The position numbers and the translations under genes were made by a program. From Synechococcus sp. (lineage in GTDB: Bacteria > Cyanobacteriota > Cyanobacteriia > Thermostichales > PCC-7336), in NCBI GenBank assembly GCA_051439605.1, contig JBFRWN010000032.1, positions 96,001-160,000 on the forward strand: DNA of 64,000 nucleotides. Direction: 5' to 3'. Below the pieces are notes generated by a model, which was not told where the DNA came from, did not search any database, and saw nothing but the letters and a program-made list of their open reading frames with translations. Of the stretch, positions 53,013 to 63,151 are shown piece after piece. Each line of letters starts with the position of its first letter. Position 1 is the stretch's first letter.

Positions 53013-53981
53013 ATGGCCGAGTTTGACGTTCCTTTTACACTCGATCAACTGCGTATTGTCCGAGCGATCGCCGAGCAAGGCAGTTTCCGCAAAGCCGCTG
53101 ATAAATTATTTATTTCCCAACCTGCGGTTAGCCTGCAGGTTCAAAGTCTTGAACGAGCACTAGAAGTGACCTTGTTTGACCGAGGGGGTCGCAAGGTGGT
53201 CCTTACAGAGCCAGGCAAGCTGTTGGTGGAATACAGTGCCCGCATCCTGAATTTGAGCGAAGAAGCCTGCCGTGCTCTAGTCGACTTGCAGGACTTACGG
53301 CGAGGCACCCTCGTGTTGGGAGCCAGCCAAACGGTTGGAACGTACATGATGCCCCGCATTATTGGGGAGTTCCGCAAGGTCTATCCGCAGATTTCCGTAC
53401 AGCTTCAGGTGCAGTCCACCCGCCGTATTGCTAGTGGAGTGGCCGAGGGCCAGCTGGATCTGGCGATTGTGGGCGGAGCAATTCCCCCACAACTCAAGGA
53501 TCAGTTGCAGGTGGCCCCCTTTGCCAGTGATGAGTTTGTGTTGGTGCGGGCCCACCCCAACCAGTTGTCCCCCGTCCAGGCTTCAGCGGTAGATAGTTCC
53601 GCCCAACTGCAGAGCGAAGACCTTTACAAGCTCAGGTTTATCTCCCTCAATCCGCAGTCCACCACCCGAAAAGCGATCGATTCCACTCTTGAGGCCTATG
53701 GCATCAATCCTTCCAAGTTCCAAGTGGAAATGGAGTTGACCTCCCTCGAAGCCATCAAGAATGCCGTCAAGGCGGGCTTAGGCATAGCATTTTTATCGCA
53801 AACAGCAGTGTCTGCAGACCTGGAAGCCGGGATGTTAGAGCAACTGCACGTACAAGGGATGGAAGTGAAGCGAACGTTACATATGATTCATAGTCCAACC
53901 CGCTATCAATCTCAGGCGGCTTTGAGCTTTCGGGAATATTTGGAAGCCCATAATCCACAGCCCATTTTGGCCAATTCCTAG
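53013..53981 (+). CDS. rbcR: LysR-type regulator, RbcR/Ycf30-like
   Basis: PFTLDQLRI, SQPAVSLQVQ, GASQTVGTY and EAIKNAV motifs. Confidence 0.85.
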   Translation: MAEFDVPFTLDQLRIVRAIAEQGSFRKAADKLFISQPAVSLQVQSLERALEVTLFDRGGRKVVLTEPGKLLVEYSARILNLSEEACRALVDLQDLRRGTLVLGASQTVGTYMMPRIIGEFRKVYPQISVQLQVQSTRRIASGVAEGQLDLAIVGGAIPPQLKDQLQVAPFASDEFVLVRAHPNQLSPVQASAVDSSAQLQSEDLYKLRFISLNPQSTTRKAIDSTLEAYGINPSKFQVEMELTSLEAIKNAVKAGLGIAFLSQTAVSADLEAGMLEQLHVQGMEVKRTLHMIHSPTRYQSQAALSFREYLEAHNPQPILANS

Positions 53982-54147
53982 AGAATTTTTGGATCGCAGT
54001 GTCGATCTAAGCATCTTGACAGTTGCCATATCTCTGAAGGCGATCCTCTGCAGCCCGTTCCTTGGCTTTAATGATTTGTGCTTTCCTCGGTCGCTATTGC
54101 CATTGACTGCCAATAATGTATTGCTGCCAGTATTTGTGGAGGTGTCC

Positions 54148-54613
54148 ATGAAGTTTTGGCGGGCTAGTCTACTCACCAAATGTCCTAGGATTTTCAGCTT
54201 TGTCGACCATCACGGTTGTGTTAGCTTCCATTGGGGCTTTGTTGCGGGCAGAAGAATCTCTGCTTGAATCCATCCTCGAGCGCCTGCAAATGGAAGCTTC
54301 CTGGAAAGAACTGCAATTGAGCGAATGGGTGCAGGACCAGAAAAGCGATGTCCTGCTGCTCAGTCAACTGCAAGAGATGCGGCTAGCAGTAGAGATTTTG
54401 GCTGATGCCTCCGGTTTGATGACCACAGATGGGGTCAGGTTTAGCGCCGAACGGTTCAGCTTGCTCAATGGTGCCGATCGCAATGCAATAGCAGCACTCA
54501 ACGAGCAATTTTCAAAAATTGTGGTGGCTGCAATCGTCACAAACTGTGGAGAACCTGAGATCGAAAAGCCAGCCAGTCAAGAGATCAATGTGGTTCAGTC
54601 ATCAGACAACTGA
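54148..54613 (+). pseudogene. Frameshifted, truncated N-terminus of a Cache-type membrane sensor
   Basis: GGAGG RBS, then MKFWRASLLTK, then a frame change into LSTITVVLASIG...LERLQMEASWKELQLSEWVQDQKSDVLLLSQ; ends with no output domain. Confidence 0.6.
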
Positions 54614-54662
54614 CTTACAAGAGGAGGTGTCGCCTGCAACTCTTAGTCGCGCCGCTCGAAAC

Positions 54663-54694
54663 AAAAAAAAGCCGACCGCATATAGCGAATCGGC
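54663..54694 (-). terminator. Intrinsic terminator of the FHA gene
   Basis: GCCGA..TCGGC stem with an A8 tract on the plus strand. Confidence 0.6.
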
Positions 54695-54753
54695 GGAGTT
54701 AATCACCTCAAAACTTTCTTGTACGTTGCCTTGAACAGAATTTGAATTGGTAT

Positions 54754-55272
54754 TCAAGCAACCATCACTGCCGTATCCATTGCAGATGACACTGCGGAGA
54801 CTTGAGCGGCGCCTCCCGATACTACTGACTTGACCCGTCGGAAAGAAGCAGGTCTGGCATATCGCGACATCTGCTCATCTGTCAAGGCAGCACAGTGGTA
54901 AGACACCTCAATGTCAGCTGAAAATCGAATCCTATCTCCCGGCCGCAGGTCGTGGGAGGAGCAAGTCATGCCGTTGACCGTGATAGCAGCAGTCCCCTCA
55001 AACCCGCTATCGTTGCCACACAAGATTCGGTAACGATAGCCATCTGGCGCATTCGGATCGGGCACTCGCACAAACAGGGCATGACGCGGGGCCACTGAGT
55101 CCGATGCCAGCACAATCGCATTACTGGATGCACTACCCACGCTGTATAGGGCCGCATTCATCGAAATTGCCCGTCGCCCCCGTTGGTCAGATAGGAGCAG
55201 AATGTGACGGAGCTTGCGTGCTTGAGGTTTTGCTTGAGCTTTTACACCGGGGCGAGGGGGAACATCAATCAC
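54754..55272 (-). CDS. FHA-domain protein (degenerate)
   Basis: HILLLSDQRGRR..LYSVG...AIVL....V...HALFVR..YRIL..VNG..SHDLRPGDRIRF pattern; GGAG RBS. Confidence 0.8.
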   Translation of the reverse strand: MIDVPPRPGVKAQAKPQARKLRHILLLSDQRGRRAISMNAALYSVGSASSNAIVLASDSVAPRHALFVRVPDPNAPDGYRYRILCGNDSGFEGTAAITVNGMTCSSHDLRPGDRIRFSADIEVSYHCAALTDEQMSRYARPASFRRVKSVVSGGAAQVSAVSSAMDTAVMVA

Positions 55273-55402
55273 GACTGCGATATCTCCTGGGTACAGAACG
55301 CGAAATCTTGAACTTTATCAAAACTTCATCTTATGTTCTTCATATTAAGCTTGACCTTCTCAAGAGCCTTGCGTAAATTTACGCGTTTGTGAATTCAAGA
55401 TA

Positions 55403-55434
55403 AAGCCGCGCGGGTAAACATACTGGCGCGGCTT
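55403..55434. terminator. Hairpin, probable terminator downstream of the sigma factor gene
   Basis: AAGCCGCGC...GCGCGGCTT. Confidence 0.5.
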
Positions 55435-55556
55435 GTTAGGTTAATAGCGTTCTTGGGGATGGGTTTCCTAATTTTAATCAGAAAGGCTTGACCCGAATTA
55501 GAAGTTAGATCCGGGGAGAGATCGCCTTATGCAGATTGAGCAAACAGACTAAGGAT

Positions 55557-56540
55557 TTAGTCCTCTGTCTCCGGGGGGCCGTAATAGTTGCTCGGGGAGG
55601 GAACCGCTTGGCGGTTGATGGCTGACATTTCCGTTTGCAGTCGTCTGAGCTTACGTAAAGCTCTGCGCTCAATTTGTCGCACCCGCTCGCGAGATAGACC
55701 AATCCGTTCACCAATTTCTCGGAGTGTGAGTCCGTTACTGCCATCCAATCCATAGCGGGCCACGATGACCTCTTTTTCGCGATCGCTCAGATGCTGGACT
55801 AACATGTGAACTTCTTCACAATGGGCTACCTGGTTGAGGTAATCCACCGGGTCGCTATCTTCATCCTGAATAAAATGTTGGAGTTCGGTACCGTCTTCAT
55901 CCCCCACGACGAGGTTCAGCGATCGCATTTCTGACATGTGTCGGGTGATCAAATCGCGATAGTTATCGCCAATTTCTAGGGAGTCGAAGACGTCATTGAC
56001 GGGGGGACGGATGCCGGAGGTCGCCGATAGCTCGCGATACTTGCGCTTCACCTTCGAGACTTTTTCGTACATATGGGCGGGAAGACGAATCATCCGGCCC
56101 TTGTTCTGGATTCCACGGTTAACGCTTTGGCGAATCCACCAAGTGGCATAGGTCGAAAACTTGTATCCCCGGGTGGGGTCAAATTTTTCAACGGCACGGG
56201 TCAATCCGATGGTGCCCTCTTGAATTAGGTCAAGGAACGGTAACCCACGATTGCGATAGCGTTTGGCGATGGAGACGACGAGGCGGAGATTGCATTCCAC
56301 CATGCGCTTCTTGGCGGTTTTGCCTTCCTGTAGCACGCGCTCAAGTTCGGTGAGTTCTACTCCAGCGTCTCCTGCCCACTGAACCTTATTGGTATTGGGC
56401 TTGCGGATTTCTTCGAGGGCGATCGCCCGCTGCACTTGATGGGCCAGCTGCAACTCTTCATCGGGGGCAAGCAAGGAGTACCGTCCGATAGTTTTGAGAA
56501 ATCGGCCGACTGCGTCTTGATGCTGAACGCTGCTTTCCAT
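55557..56540 (-). CDS. RNA polymerase sigma-70 factor, group 2 type
   Basis: NLRLVVSIAKRY, DLIQEG, FSTYATWWIRQ and SRERVRQIE motifs; no region 1.1. Confidence 0.93.
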   Translation of the reverse strand: MESSVQHQDAVGRFLKTIGRYSLLAPDEELQLAHQVQRAIALEEIRKPNTNKVQWAGDAGVELTELERVLQEGKTAKKRMVECNLRLVVSIAKRYRNRGLPFLDLIQEGTIGLTRAVEKFDPTRGYKFSTYATWWIRQSVNRGIQNKGRMIRLPAHMYEKVSKVKRKYRELSATSGIRPPVNDVFDSLEIGDNYRDLITRHMSEMRSLNLVVGDEDGTELQHFIQDEDSDPVDYLNQVAHCEEVHMLVQHLSDREKEVIVARYGLDGSNGLTLREIGERIGLSRERVRQIERRALRKLRRLQTEMSAINRQAVPSPSNYYGPPETED

Positions 56541-56866
56541 GTCACCACCTACCTGTTGGAAGAGCATCTTATTAATAACAATGTTTGGCTTTTTCGTAAA
56601 GCTTTTTTCGGGCTTTTTGCTAATACTTTTGCAGAGTTTTATGTAAGAAAAGTTAATTTCCGGGTTTGAGATAGGACGCTATCAGTAGCGTGATGTTCCA
56701 AAAAGGACGTATTTGGGACGCTGTATAGGTAGATACACGGGTTTTCCCGCTGTAAGGCAAATACAACTGCCAAAGAAGATTACGAGCGAATCAATAATTC
56801 TAAAAATAATGTTAAATTGCCCTGTCTTGGGCATGATTCTTGAGGTTTCTGCTCTGAAGGGAATAT

Positions 56867-56896
56867 AAAGAAAGTCCTTCCCGACCGGGAAGGACT
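56867..56896 (-). terminator. Intrinsic terminator of the 957-aa gene
   Basis: AGTCCTTCCC-GACC-GGGAAGGACT with a flanking A-rich tract. Confidence 0.75.
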
Positions 56897-56927
56897 GTTG
56901 GGGTTATATACACTATTTCAATAAAAT

Positions 56928-59801
56928 CTAAAGCTTAGAAGGTATAGAAATCTTCTGTGGTCGGTCGGCAATTGACGGTGGCAAAAGGTTCTTAACCCTA
57001 TCGGGGCGGGGCTCCTGCGGTTTTTCAAGAGTAGTTATTTCGCTGCTGTCAGGTGATGGTTGCTGTTTGGTTTGATTAAAGATTGTTGAAGAAACTTGGG
57101 TTTTCCTTGGGGAGTTAGGGCGATCTCCATCGTCGGCAGTGGGAGTAGCGGGTTGCTCCCCACTCTCTAACTGGCCCGCCTGATTGTCTGTTGCTTCAGG
57201 CTGAGGGATTGAGGACGAGGGCGGTGGTTGACTGACGGGTGGCTTGGTGACAAATGGTTTGTTGTTGGATCGTGATGGAAAGACTGGTTCTGCTCGGTCG
57301 CTAGTGCGGGAGGAGGGGGCTGTTGGAGGGACGACGGCTGGGGGTTCTGTGGGGGGTGCATCTGAATCGGTTGTGGGAGCTGAGAGGGAAGAGGGGATAG
57401 GGCTGGAGTCCTCAAGCTTAGAGGTGGAGGATGGCTGGGGGGTAACGGGTGCTCGATCGCGCTGGAATCGCCGTAACAATCTGCGCGATCGCCCCATTGG
57501 AGAAGGAGTCGCAGCCTCGGTTTTTTCGATCGCCTCTTCCTGGGCTCTTGTCTCTGGTTCACTGGGTTCTTGAACCTCTTCGAACTGTTGAAGCAGGCTA
57601 TCTCGATCCTCACCCTCAGCCGCTTCTTGCTTGACAGGAAGACCTCCAGAGTCTGCCGGGTCTCCTTCAGGACTCACGATGGTTTCCTGCTTGGGTGCTT
57701 CCAACTGGCTTGGAACAGGACTGGGGACAGAGTCCGTCATCTCTGTACCTGTGCCCAGTTCGAGGGGATTGATGTCAGTTTCTTCGGTTAGGTTAGTGTC
57801 TTCGGTAAGGACAGGAACACTAGGTTCGCGGGCCGGTACCTTGAAGCGGTTGCGGAACCTTTGCAGAAATCCCTGAGGAGACTTGGGTTTGGCCGGTGTA
57901 GCGATCTCCGGCTGCTCGTTAGAGTCATCTCGATCGAATGTTTCGATTGCATCGATATCTCTTGATTCTTCCGTAGAGAGGGTCTTCTCTCTGCTTGCTT
58001 CTTCAGAAAGAGAGGATTCCTTGGGCTCCTGAACTGTTGTCTCTGCCGGAGACTCAACCGATTCTTCGCGTTCCAGCATGAGTTCTCCCCCCGGTTGGCT
58101 GCTGTCTGCTGGCTCTGCTGTGGGGAGGTTATCTGCTGGTAATTGGGTTTCAGGACGTTCGACAGTGCGAACCTCCGGTTCTTTGGGGGCTGCGTCGGAT
58201 TCAGTAAGGCTCTGGGGGATGCTACCAGAGGGTTCTTTCTCCGGAGTCGATCGGGGGGATGCAGCGGGTTTGGGGCTGGTGCGATCTCCACGCACCTTTT
58301 GCCACCATTCTTGCAATCCAGACTTGCTAGCGGGCTCGGGAACAGTCTCAGTTAAGGGCTCTGCAAGCGGCTGGCGATCGCCGACTTCTTCGGCATCAGC
58401 TTCTTCTGTGGAAAGCTGCGGAGACAGAACGGGTTCTTGCTCGTCACCTGTCTTGAGTTTGTCCGTGGTTAACGCCTCGGGCTCTGTCGTTCGCTCTATA
58501 TCTTCTGTTTCCTCAGATGCTTCAGACTCAACGGTTGTGTCTGCGGGAAAATTGGTATCCCGAATCGCGTCTTCAGCAGGCTTCTCCTCCATCAATTCGC
58601 CTGCAGGCTTTTCCTCCGATATCTCTTCTTCCAATGCATCCGATTCCTCTAACTCTAGAGCCGCCGGCTCTTCAGGCTCAGGAAGAGTAGTTTCAGCTGC
58701 TTCCTCCGGAGCTTTCTCCTCTTCGGTGAGGACAGGAGGTTGCTCGATCTCTTCAGGTGCAAGAGAGGGGCGTTCGGGGGAAATTTCGGTACCCTCCTCC
58801 TTTACATCTTCTGGGGTGGGCTTGCCGGTTAGTTCGGATTCTGGTTCTGGAGTCGGTTCGGGCTGCTCGGGTTCGGGGATAGCTCCCACAATTGCGAGCG
58901 CCTCCTCCGCCGAAAGCGATCCGGCGATCAGGCGAGACAGCGTATCCGTTCCACCGGGGCGATAGGTGACGGTGCGTGCGGCACTATTGAACACGTTGCG
59001 AATGGGATTGCCCTGCCCATCTACTAGTTCGACGGAGATAATATTGCGCCCTGGCTTGAGCCCCTTTAGGTAGATAGACTGCCAGCGATCGAGGAAACTG
59101 CTTTCACCGTTTAAGGTATAGCGAATGCGCCAGTCTTTGGGGACATCTGGCAACAGCGATTCGCGGATCGGGGCGTTGGCCAACCAATAATCGAGCAGAA
59201 TCGGTTCTGCTCCGTAGGTTTCGCTGGGGGTGCTGTAGGTCAGCACCGGCAGTTGGGATTGGGGGGCGTATTCGGGGGTTTTTGTAAAGACGTGGAAGGT
59301 GGTTTGGGCGTAGGCTTCTGAGTTTTTATAGCTTTCGTGCCAGGGTCGGGCAGCAAATACCCGCAGGGTGTGGGTACCGGGTTCTAGATCGTTGAGGACG
59401 AGAGGCTGGTTGGAGTCGTAGAGGGGGATGTAGGGCTGGTTGTCTAGGATGACGTGCAGGTTGGGGCCTAAACCCAGTTCTTCATCTTGAAAGAGGGGAA
59501 AGTCCTCGACCTCAAAACGGACGGAAACTTGAGTGTCTTGTATCACTTGGTCGGCTTTGGGGCTGGCGATCGCCACTTTAGGCCGATACCCATCCATGTA
59601 GCGATCGAGCTTAGCGATCTCTGATGGAGTGTCGACCACTGAGATGCCCCGGCCAATGGAAGTGGAAGCGGGTCGGTTACTCTCGGAGGAGGGTCCGCAG
59701 CCGGTGAGGGCGATCGCGCAAACCAGCAACAGTCCCAGCCATGTTTGCCAACCTTTCCGTTGACTGCTCTCAGACTTAGCTCGCCATTGCAGCATTGCCA
59801 T
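56928..59801 (-). CDS. Large lipoprotein: folded N-terminal region plus long acidic, Pro-rich tail
   Basis: Lipobox LTG-C; GLGPNLHVILDN..PGTHTLRVFAARPWHES domain; about 650 aa E/P/S/T-rich tail. Confidence 0.85.
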   Translation of the reverse strand: MAMLQWRAKSESSQRKGWQTWLGLLLVCAIALTGCGPSSESNRPASTSIGRGISVVDTPSEIAKLDRYMDGYRPKVAIASPKADQVIQDTQVSVRFEVEDFPLFQDEELGLGPNLHVILDNQPYIPLYDSNQPLVLNDLEPGTHTLRVFAARPWHESYKNSEAYAQTTFHVFTKTPEYAPQSQLPVLTYSTPSETYGAEPILLDYWLANAPIRESLLPDVPKDWRIRYTLNGESSFLDRWQSIYLKGLKPGRNIISVELVDGQGNPIRNVFNSAARTVTYRPGGTDTLSRLIAGSLSAEEALAIVGAIPEPEQPEPTPEPESELTGKPTPEDVKEEGTEISPERPSLAPEEIEQPPVLTEEEKAPEEAAETTLPEPEEPAALELEESDALEEEISEEKPAGELMEEKPAEDAIRDTNFPADTTVESEASEETEDIERTTEPEALTTDKLKTGDEQEPVLSPQLSTEEADAEEVGDRQPLAEPLTETVPEPASKSGLQEWWQKVRGDRTSPKPAASPRSTPEKEPSGSIPQSLTESDAAPKEPEVRTVERPETQLPADNLPTAEPADSSQPGGELMLEREESVESPAETTVQEPKESSLSEEASREKTLSTEESRDIDAIETFDRDDSNEQPEIATPAKPKSPQGFLQRFRNRFKVPAREPSVPVLTEDTNLTEETDINPLELGTGTEMTDSVPSPVPSQLEAPKQETIVSPEGDPADSGGLPVKQEAAEGEDRDSLLQQFEEVQEPSEPETRAQEEAIEKTEAATPSPMGRSRRLLRRFQRDRAPVTPQPSSTSKLEDSSPIPSSLSAPTTDSDAPPTEPPAVVPPTAPSSRTSDRAEPVFPSRSNNKPFVTKPPVSQPPPSSSIPQPEATDNQAGQLESGEQPATPTADDGDRPNSPRKTQVSSTIFNQTKQQPSPDSSEITTLEKPQEPRPDRVKNLLPPSIADRPQKISIPSKL

Positions 59802-60262
59802 AGCCCACCAAAACCTCTACGAAACCCTATCTCAATTGGGTCAGTGCACTATTAGCGATTGCCATTGCAGCTAGGACAAATAGTCTCTGCCGAGTCAGGG
59901 GACTGGTCGCTGACATGTCCTCAGCGATTTGATGGTCGCTTTAAGTCACCGGAATTGAGCCAATAAACCAATTGGAACACTTAAAAGGGTAAAGCGACGC
60001 GGCCCCATTCCATGCCGGATACCTGCCTATCTGCCGTGACTCGATACAATTTTTCACCTGAACTCGGTTTCTCAAGGGGGACAAGATCTACGAATGCTAT
60101 GGGTGTGCAAGCGTCATCATGGCTGTTTGCTTTTGCTGCTGTCTGTAGGGAACGGGGGGATGGGTTGCTGTTGCGAGGAACTCTCAGGGGGATGGAGATT
60201 GCTAACCCATTTGAAAAATCGTCTACAGTGGAATCCGTAATCTCGATTGTTACTCCGTTTGC

Positions 60263-60700
60263 ATGGCTGAGACCTGGCTTGAACACACCTGCCAGATTCA
60301 AGTTCCCGACAGCATCGATCGCGTCTGGGATCTGTGGGTGAATTTAGAATTGTTGCCCAACTGGATGAAGTGGATTCGCTCGGTCAAACAGTTGGAGGGG
60401 GACCTGTCTGAATGGGAATTAGACAGTCGAGGATTTAAGTTTACTTGGACGTCCAAAACCCATACGACGATCGAGCACCAGCGGATTGAATGGGAATCGG
60501 TGAGCGGTCTGGCCAATCGAGGTGCCTTGCGCTTTTACGATCGCAAGGAGGAGGGCACGATTGTCCGGTTGTCGGTGGCCTATGGAATGCCAGGCTGGTT
60601 GGCCGCAATTATGAGTAGTTTGTTTGTGGGCCAGGTAGTAGAGTCCACAATTCAAGCGGATTTAGAACGATTTAAAGCTTACTTGGCGGCGCACCCTTAG
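60263..60700 (+). CDS. SRPBCC / polyketide cyclase-dehydrase family protein
   Basis: WLEHTCQI, PNWMKWI, GLANRGALRF and QADLERFK motifs. Confidence 0.9.
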   Translation: MAETWLEHTCQIQVPDSIDRVWDLWVNLELLPNWMKWIRSVKQLEGDLSEWELDSRGFKFTWTSKTHTTIEHQRIEWESVSGLANRGALRFYDRKEEGTIVRLSVAYGMPGWLAAIMSSLFVGQVVESTIQADLERFKAYLAAHP

Positions 60701-60994
60701 CCTTGTTTGTATTGATAGAGCTGCAGTTAATGGAGCTGTACTTTTACTGGGTCTGTATTTGTCTTGCGGCACCTGGTGCTCGAATAAGAGACAGAACGGG
60801 GTGCATTTGAATCAAGCAAACGCATCGATTTACTGCATTTCATTCATCCAACATCTACACAAATGCTTGAGACCTGTTAACCTATAGTGCCAACCGTTGT
60901 TTTGGCCATTGGGTTAATTGGATCGGGTTTCTCGTTGGCGAAGGCTGTGGTTGGTGGCAAACCCTAGAACGCTGAAGACGTAAGTAGGCAACGC

Positions 60995-61519
60995 GTGGCG
61001 CACGATTTTGAACTCAGTTTGAAGATGGTGCAAGCGAGTGCGGGCAATCGCTCCCAGCCCGACAACCGCCGTATTCGCTTTTCTGTGAACGCTGGGGATG
61101 TTGATTACGACCAACTGCTAGAGTTATTTCGCCGCAATGCATTTTGGGCCAGCGATCGCTGTCGAGAAGATTTAGAGGTTGCTGTGGCCCACAGCCATCC
61201 GGTGGTCACGGTTTGGGATGGCGATCGCCTGATTGGGTTTGCCCGCGCCACCTCTGACGGGATTTACCGTGCGGTGTTGTGGGATGTGGTGGTTGATGGG
61301 GATTATCGCAAGCAGGGGTTAGGTCGCAAGTTAGTTGAAACCCTGATTGCGCATCCGGATATGCAGAGGGTGGAGCGAGTGTATCTGTTTTCCACCTATC
61401 AACAGGATTTTTATCGTCGGATTGGATTTGAGGAAAATACCAGCAGCACGATGGTGTTGATGGGACAAACATTGGAGTTTATTCCCCCTGAGGGAATGGA
61501 GATGCCTCAAGAACGGTAA
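60995..61519 (+). CDS. GNAT family N-acetyltransferase (Ycf52-like)
   Basis: LIGFARATSDG, WDVVV..YRKQGLGRKL and FYRRIGF motifs. Confidence 0.92.
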   Translation: MAHDFELSLKMVQASAGNRSQPDNRRIRFSVNAGDVDYDQLLELFRRNAFWASDRCREDLEVAVAHSHPVVTVWDGDRLIGFARATSDGIYRAVLWDVVVDGDYRKQGLGRKLVETLIAHPDMQRVERVYLFSTYQQDFYRRIGFEENTSSTMVLMGQTLEFIPPEGMEMPQER

Positions 61520-61950
61520 TTATGGCGATCGTCAAATCGCTCAATGTATTAAAGCTGTTTTTTTAGGGTTACATGGCTGTTGAGGGCAGCATGTTTGCTC
61601 TGCTTTTGTGCCCTTTCGCATCTAATACTTTGATTTGCTGTTGGGAAAATCAATATCTTGACCCATAGCCTCCAAGCTTCAGTCATTCTTCAACCACAGC
61701 TATAAAGGATTTTGGCTAGCAATTGGTAAACTCCAGACAACTGGTGAATGACTTCATCCCCTTCTTTACGGCTTGAAACCCTTGGTACGGCTCTGGGTCC
61801 AACAGATGGGGTATCACTTTGAATCGTTTCCTATGACTAAGATTCTTGGTGTGCAAACGTGAACCCTGTTGCTCCTCCAACCCTGTTACCTAAAGCGTTA
61901 AACGCTCCCCAGATTTTAACCTTTTGCTTGTAACAAGAGTGGCCCTTCAA

Positions 61951-62745
61951 ATGATCTGGAGAATATTTTTATATGTTCTGATTGGCTATGTAGCTTTGTT
62001 CTCGATCGCTTTTATATTTCAGCGAAAATTGCTCTATCTGCCTAGCGAGTTTCGATTGTCAGAAGAGCGTTTACTTGATGGGGGCTTGCGTTATTGGCCT
62101 TCGTTTGAACAGTATCGTGGATTTATCGGTTCTGAGAGATCGGCTGAAGCGAAGGGAACCGTCATTGTCTTTCATGGCAATGCCGGCACAGCTTATCATC
62201 GTGAGTTCTATGTCAAAGCGCTATCACCCCTCGGTTTACGGGTTATTTTGGCTGAGTATCCTGGCTATGGAGGTCGAGCTGGACACCCCAGTGAAGACCT
62301 GTTGGTAAAGGATGCGCTCGAAACTATTCGGCTTGCCTATCAGGCGTTTGGAGAGCCGCTTTACGTTTGGGGTGAGTCACTGGGCGGTGGCGTCGTTTCC
62401 GGTGCGGTTAGTAAAATGGATATCCCTTTAAGAGGGATGGTTCTGCTTCTGCCGTGGGATTCATTACCGAGTTTGGCACAAACGCACTACTGGTATTTTC
62501 CGGCTCGCTGGTTAGTACTGGATAAGTACAACAATATTGATAATCTTCGACAATTTGAAGGGAATATCGCTGTCATATTGGCAGAAGACGATGAGGTTAT
62601 TCCGGTACAGCACGGTAAGAAGCTTTATGATTCCCTGACTGCAAAAAAGAAGCTCTGGCTGTTTGAGAATGCAAGACACAATGAGATTCCGATCGCAGCA
62701 GAATTACAGTGGTGGAAAGAAGTCATAGAATTCATTTCGGAGTAA
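61951..62745 (+). CDS. Alpha/beta hydrolase with N-terminal membrane anchor
   Basis: FHGNAG, EYPGYG, GESLGG nucleophile elbow, DEVIP and HN motifs. Confidence 0.92.
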   Translation: MIWRIFLYVLIGYVALFSIAFIFQRKLLYLPSEFRLSEERLLDGGLRYWPSFEQYRGFIGSERSAEAKGTVIVFHGNAGTAYHREFYVKALSPLGLRVILAEYPGYGGRAGHPSEDLLVKDALETIRLAYQAFGEPLYVWGESLGGGVVSGAVSKMDIPLRGMVLLLPWDSLPSLAQTHYWYFPARWLVLDKYNNIDNLRQFEGNIAVILAEDDEVIPVQHGKKLYDSLTAKKKLWLFENARHNEIPIAAELQWWKEVIEFISE

Positions 62746-62802
62746 TCAAACAGCGAGCATTTCACAATGATAGGGGTTCGGCAGTTTCAAGCGTAGCAAG
62801 CT

Positions 62803-63026
62803 ATGCCAGAGCCGGACGACATCGACGTGCAAGATATTGACCATCTCTGAATCATCGCTGGCAGTTTGGATGAGATGGAGCTGATGGAAATCGTCAATGA
62901 ACAGTGGGGAACTCACAAGCAAGAGAGCAACAGTGCTGGACACGTTTTCAAAGCCTCGAACCTCAATTGTCTGGGCTTTCTGACGGCCCCGTTATATCGG
63001 TTCAGCTCATTCTTTGAGGGCAAACA
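62803..63026 (+). mobile_element. IS1634-family transposase remnant (N-terminus with premature stop)
   Basis: MPEPDDIDVQDIDHL*IIAGSLDEMELMEIVNEQWGTHKQE..AGHVFKA..LNCLGFLTAPLYRFSSFFEGK; TGA at 62848. Confidence 0.75.
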
Positions 63027-63073
63027 ACGGGACGGTTTTTGCCCGGTTGAGGCTCCACAATCGCTAAAGAGAC

Positions 63074-63101
63074 AAAAATCCCACCCGTACTCGGGTGGGA
63101 T
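63074..63101 (-). terminator. Intrinsic terminator of gifA
   Basis: ATCCCACCCG-TACT-CGGGTGGGAT with an A tract on the plus strand. Confidence 0.8.
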
Positions 63102-63151
63102 GGGAGATTTCATTGACGCATCAAACCACGGGGAGGGTGCTTGCCGGATAT

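Noticed and set aside
58078..58965. 295-aa Ser-rich ORF on the + strand
   Set aside because: Antisense mirror of the Glu/Pro-rich tail of the 957-aa gene
59981..60341. Overlapping opposite-strand ORFs of about 106-109 aa
   Set aside because: Both overlap the SRPBCC gene start and have no recognisable features
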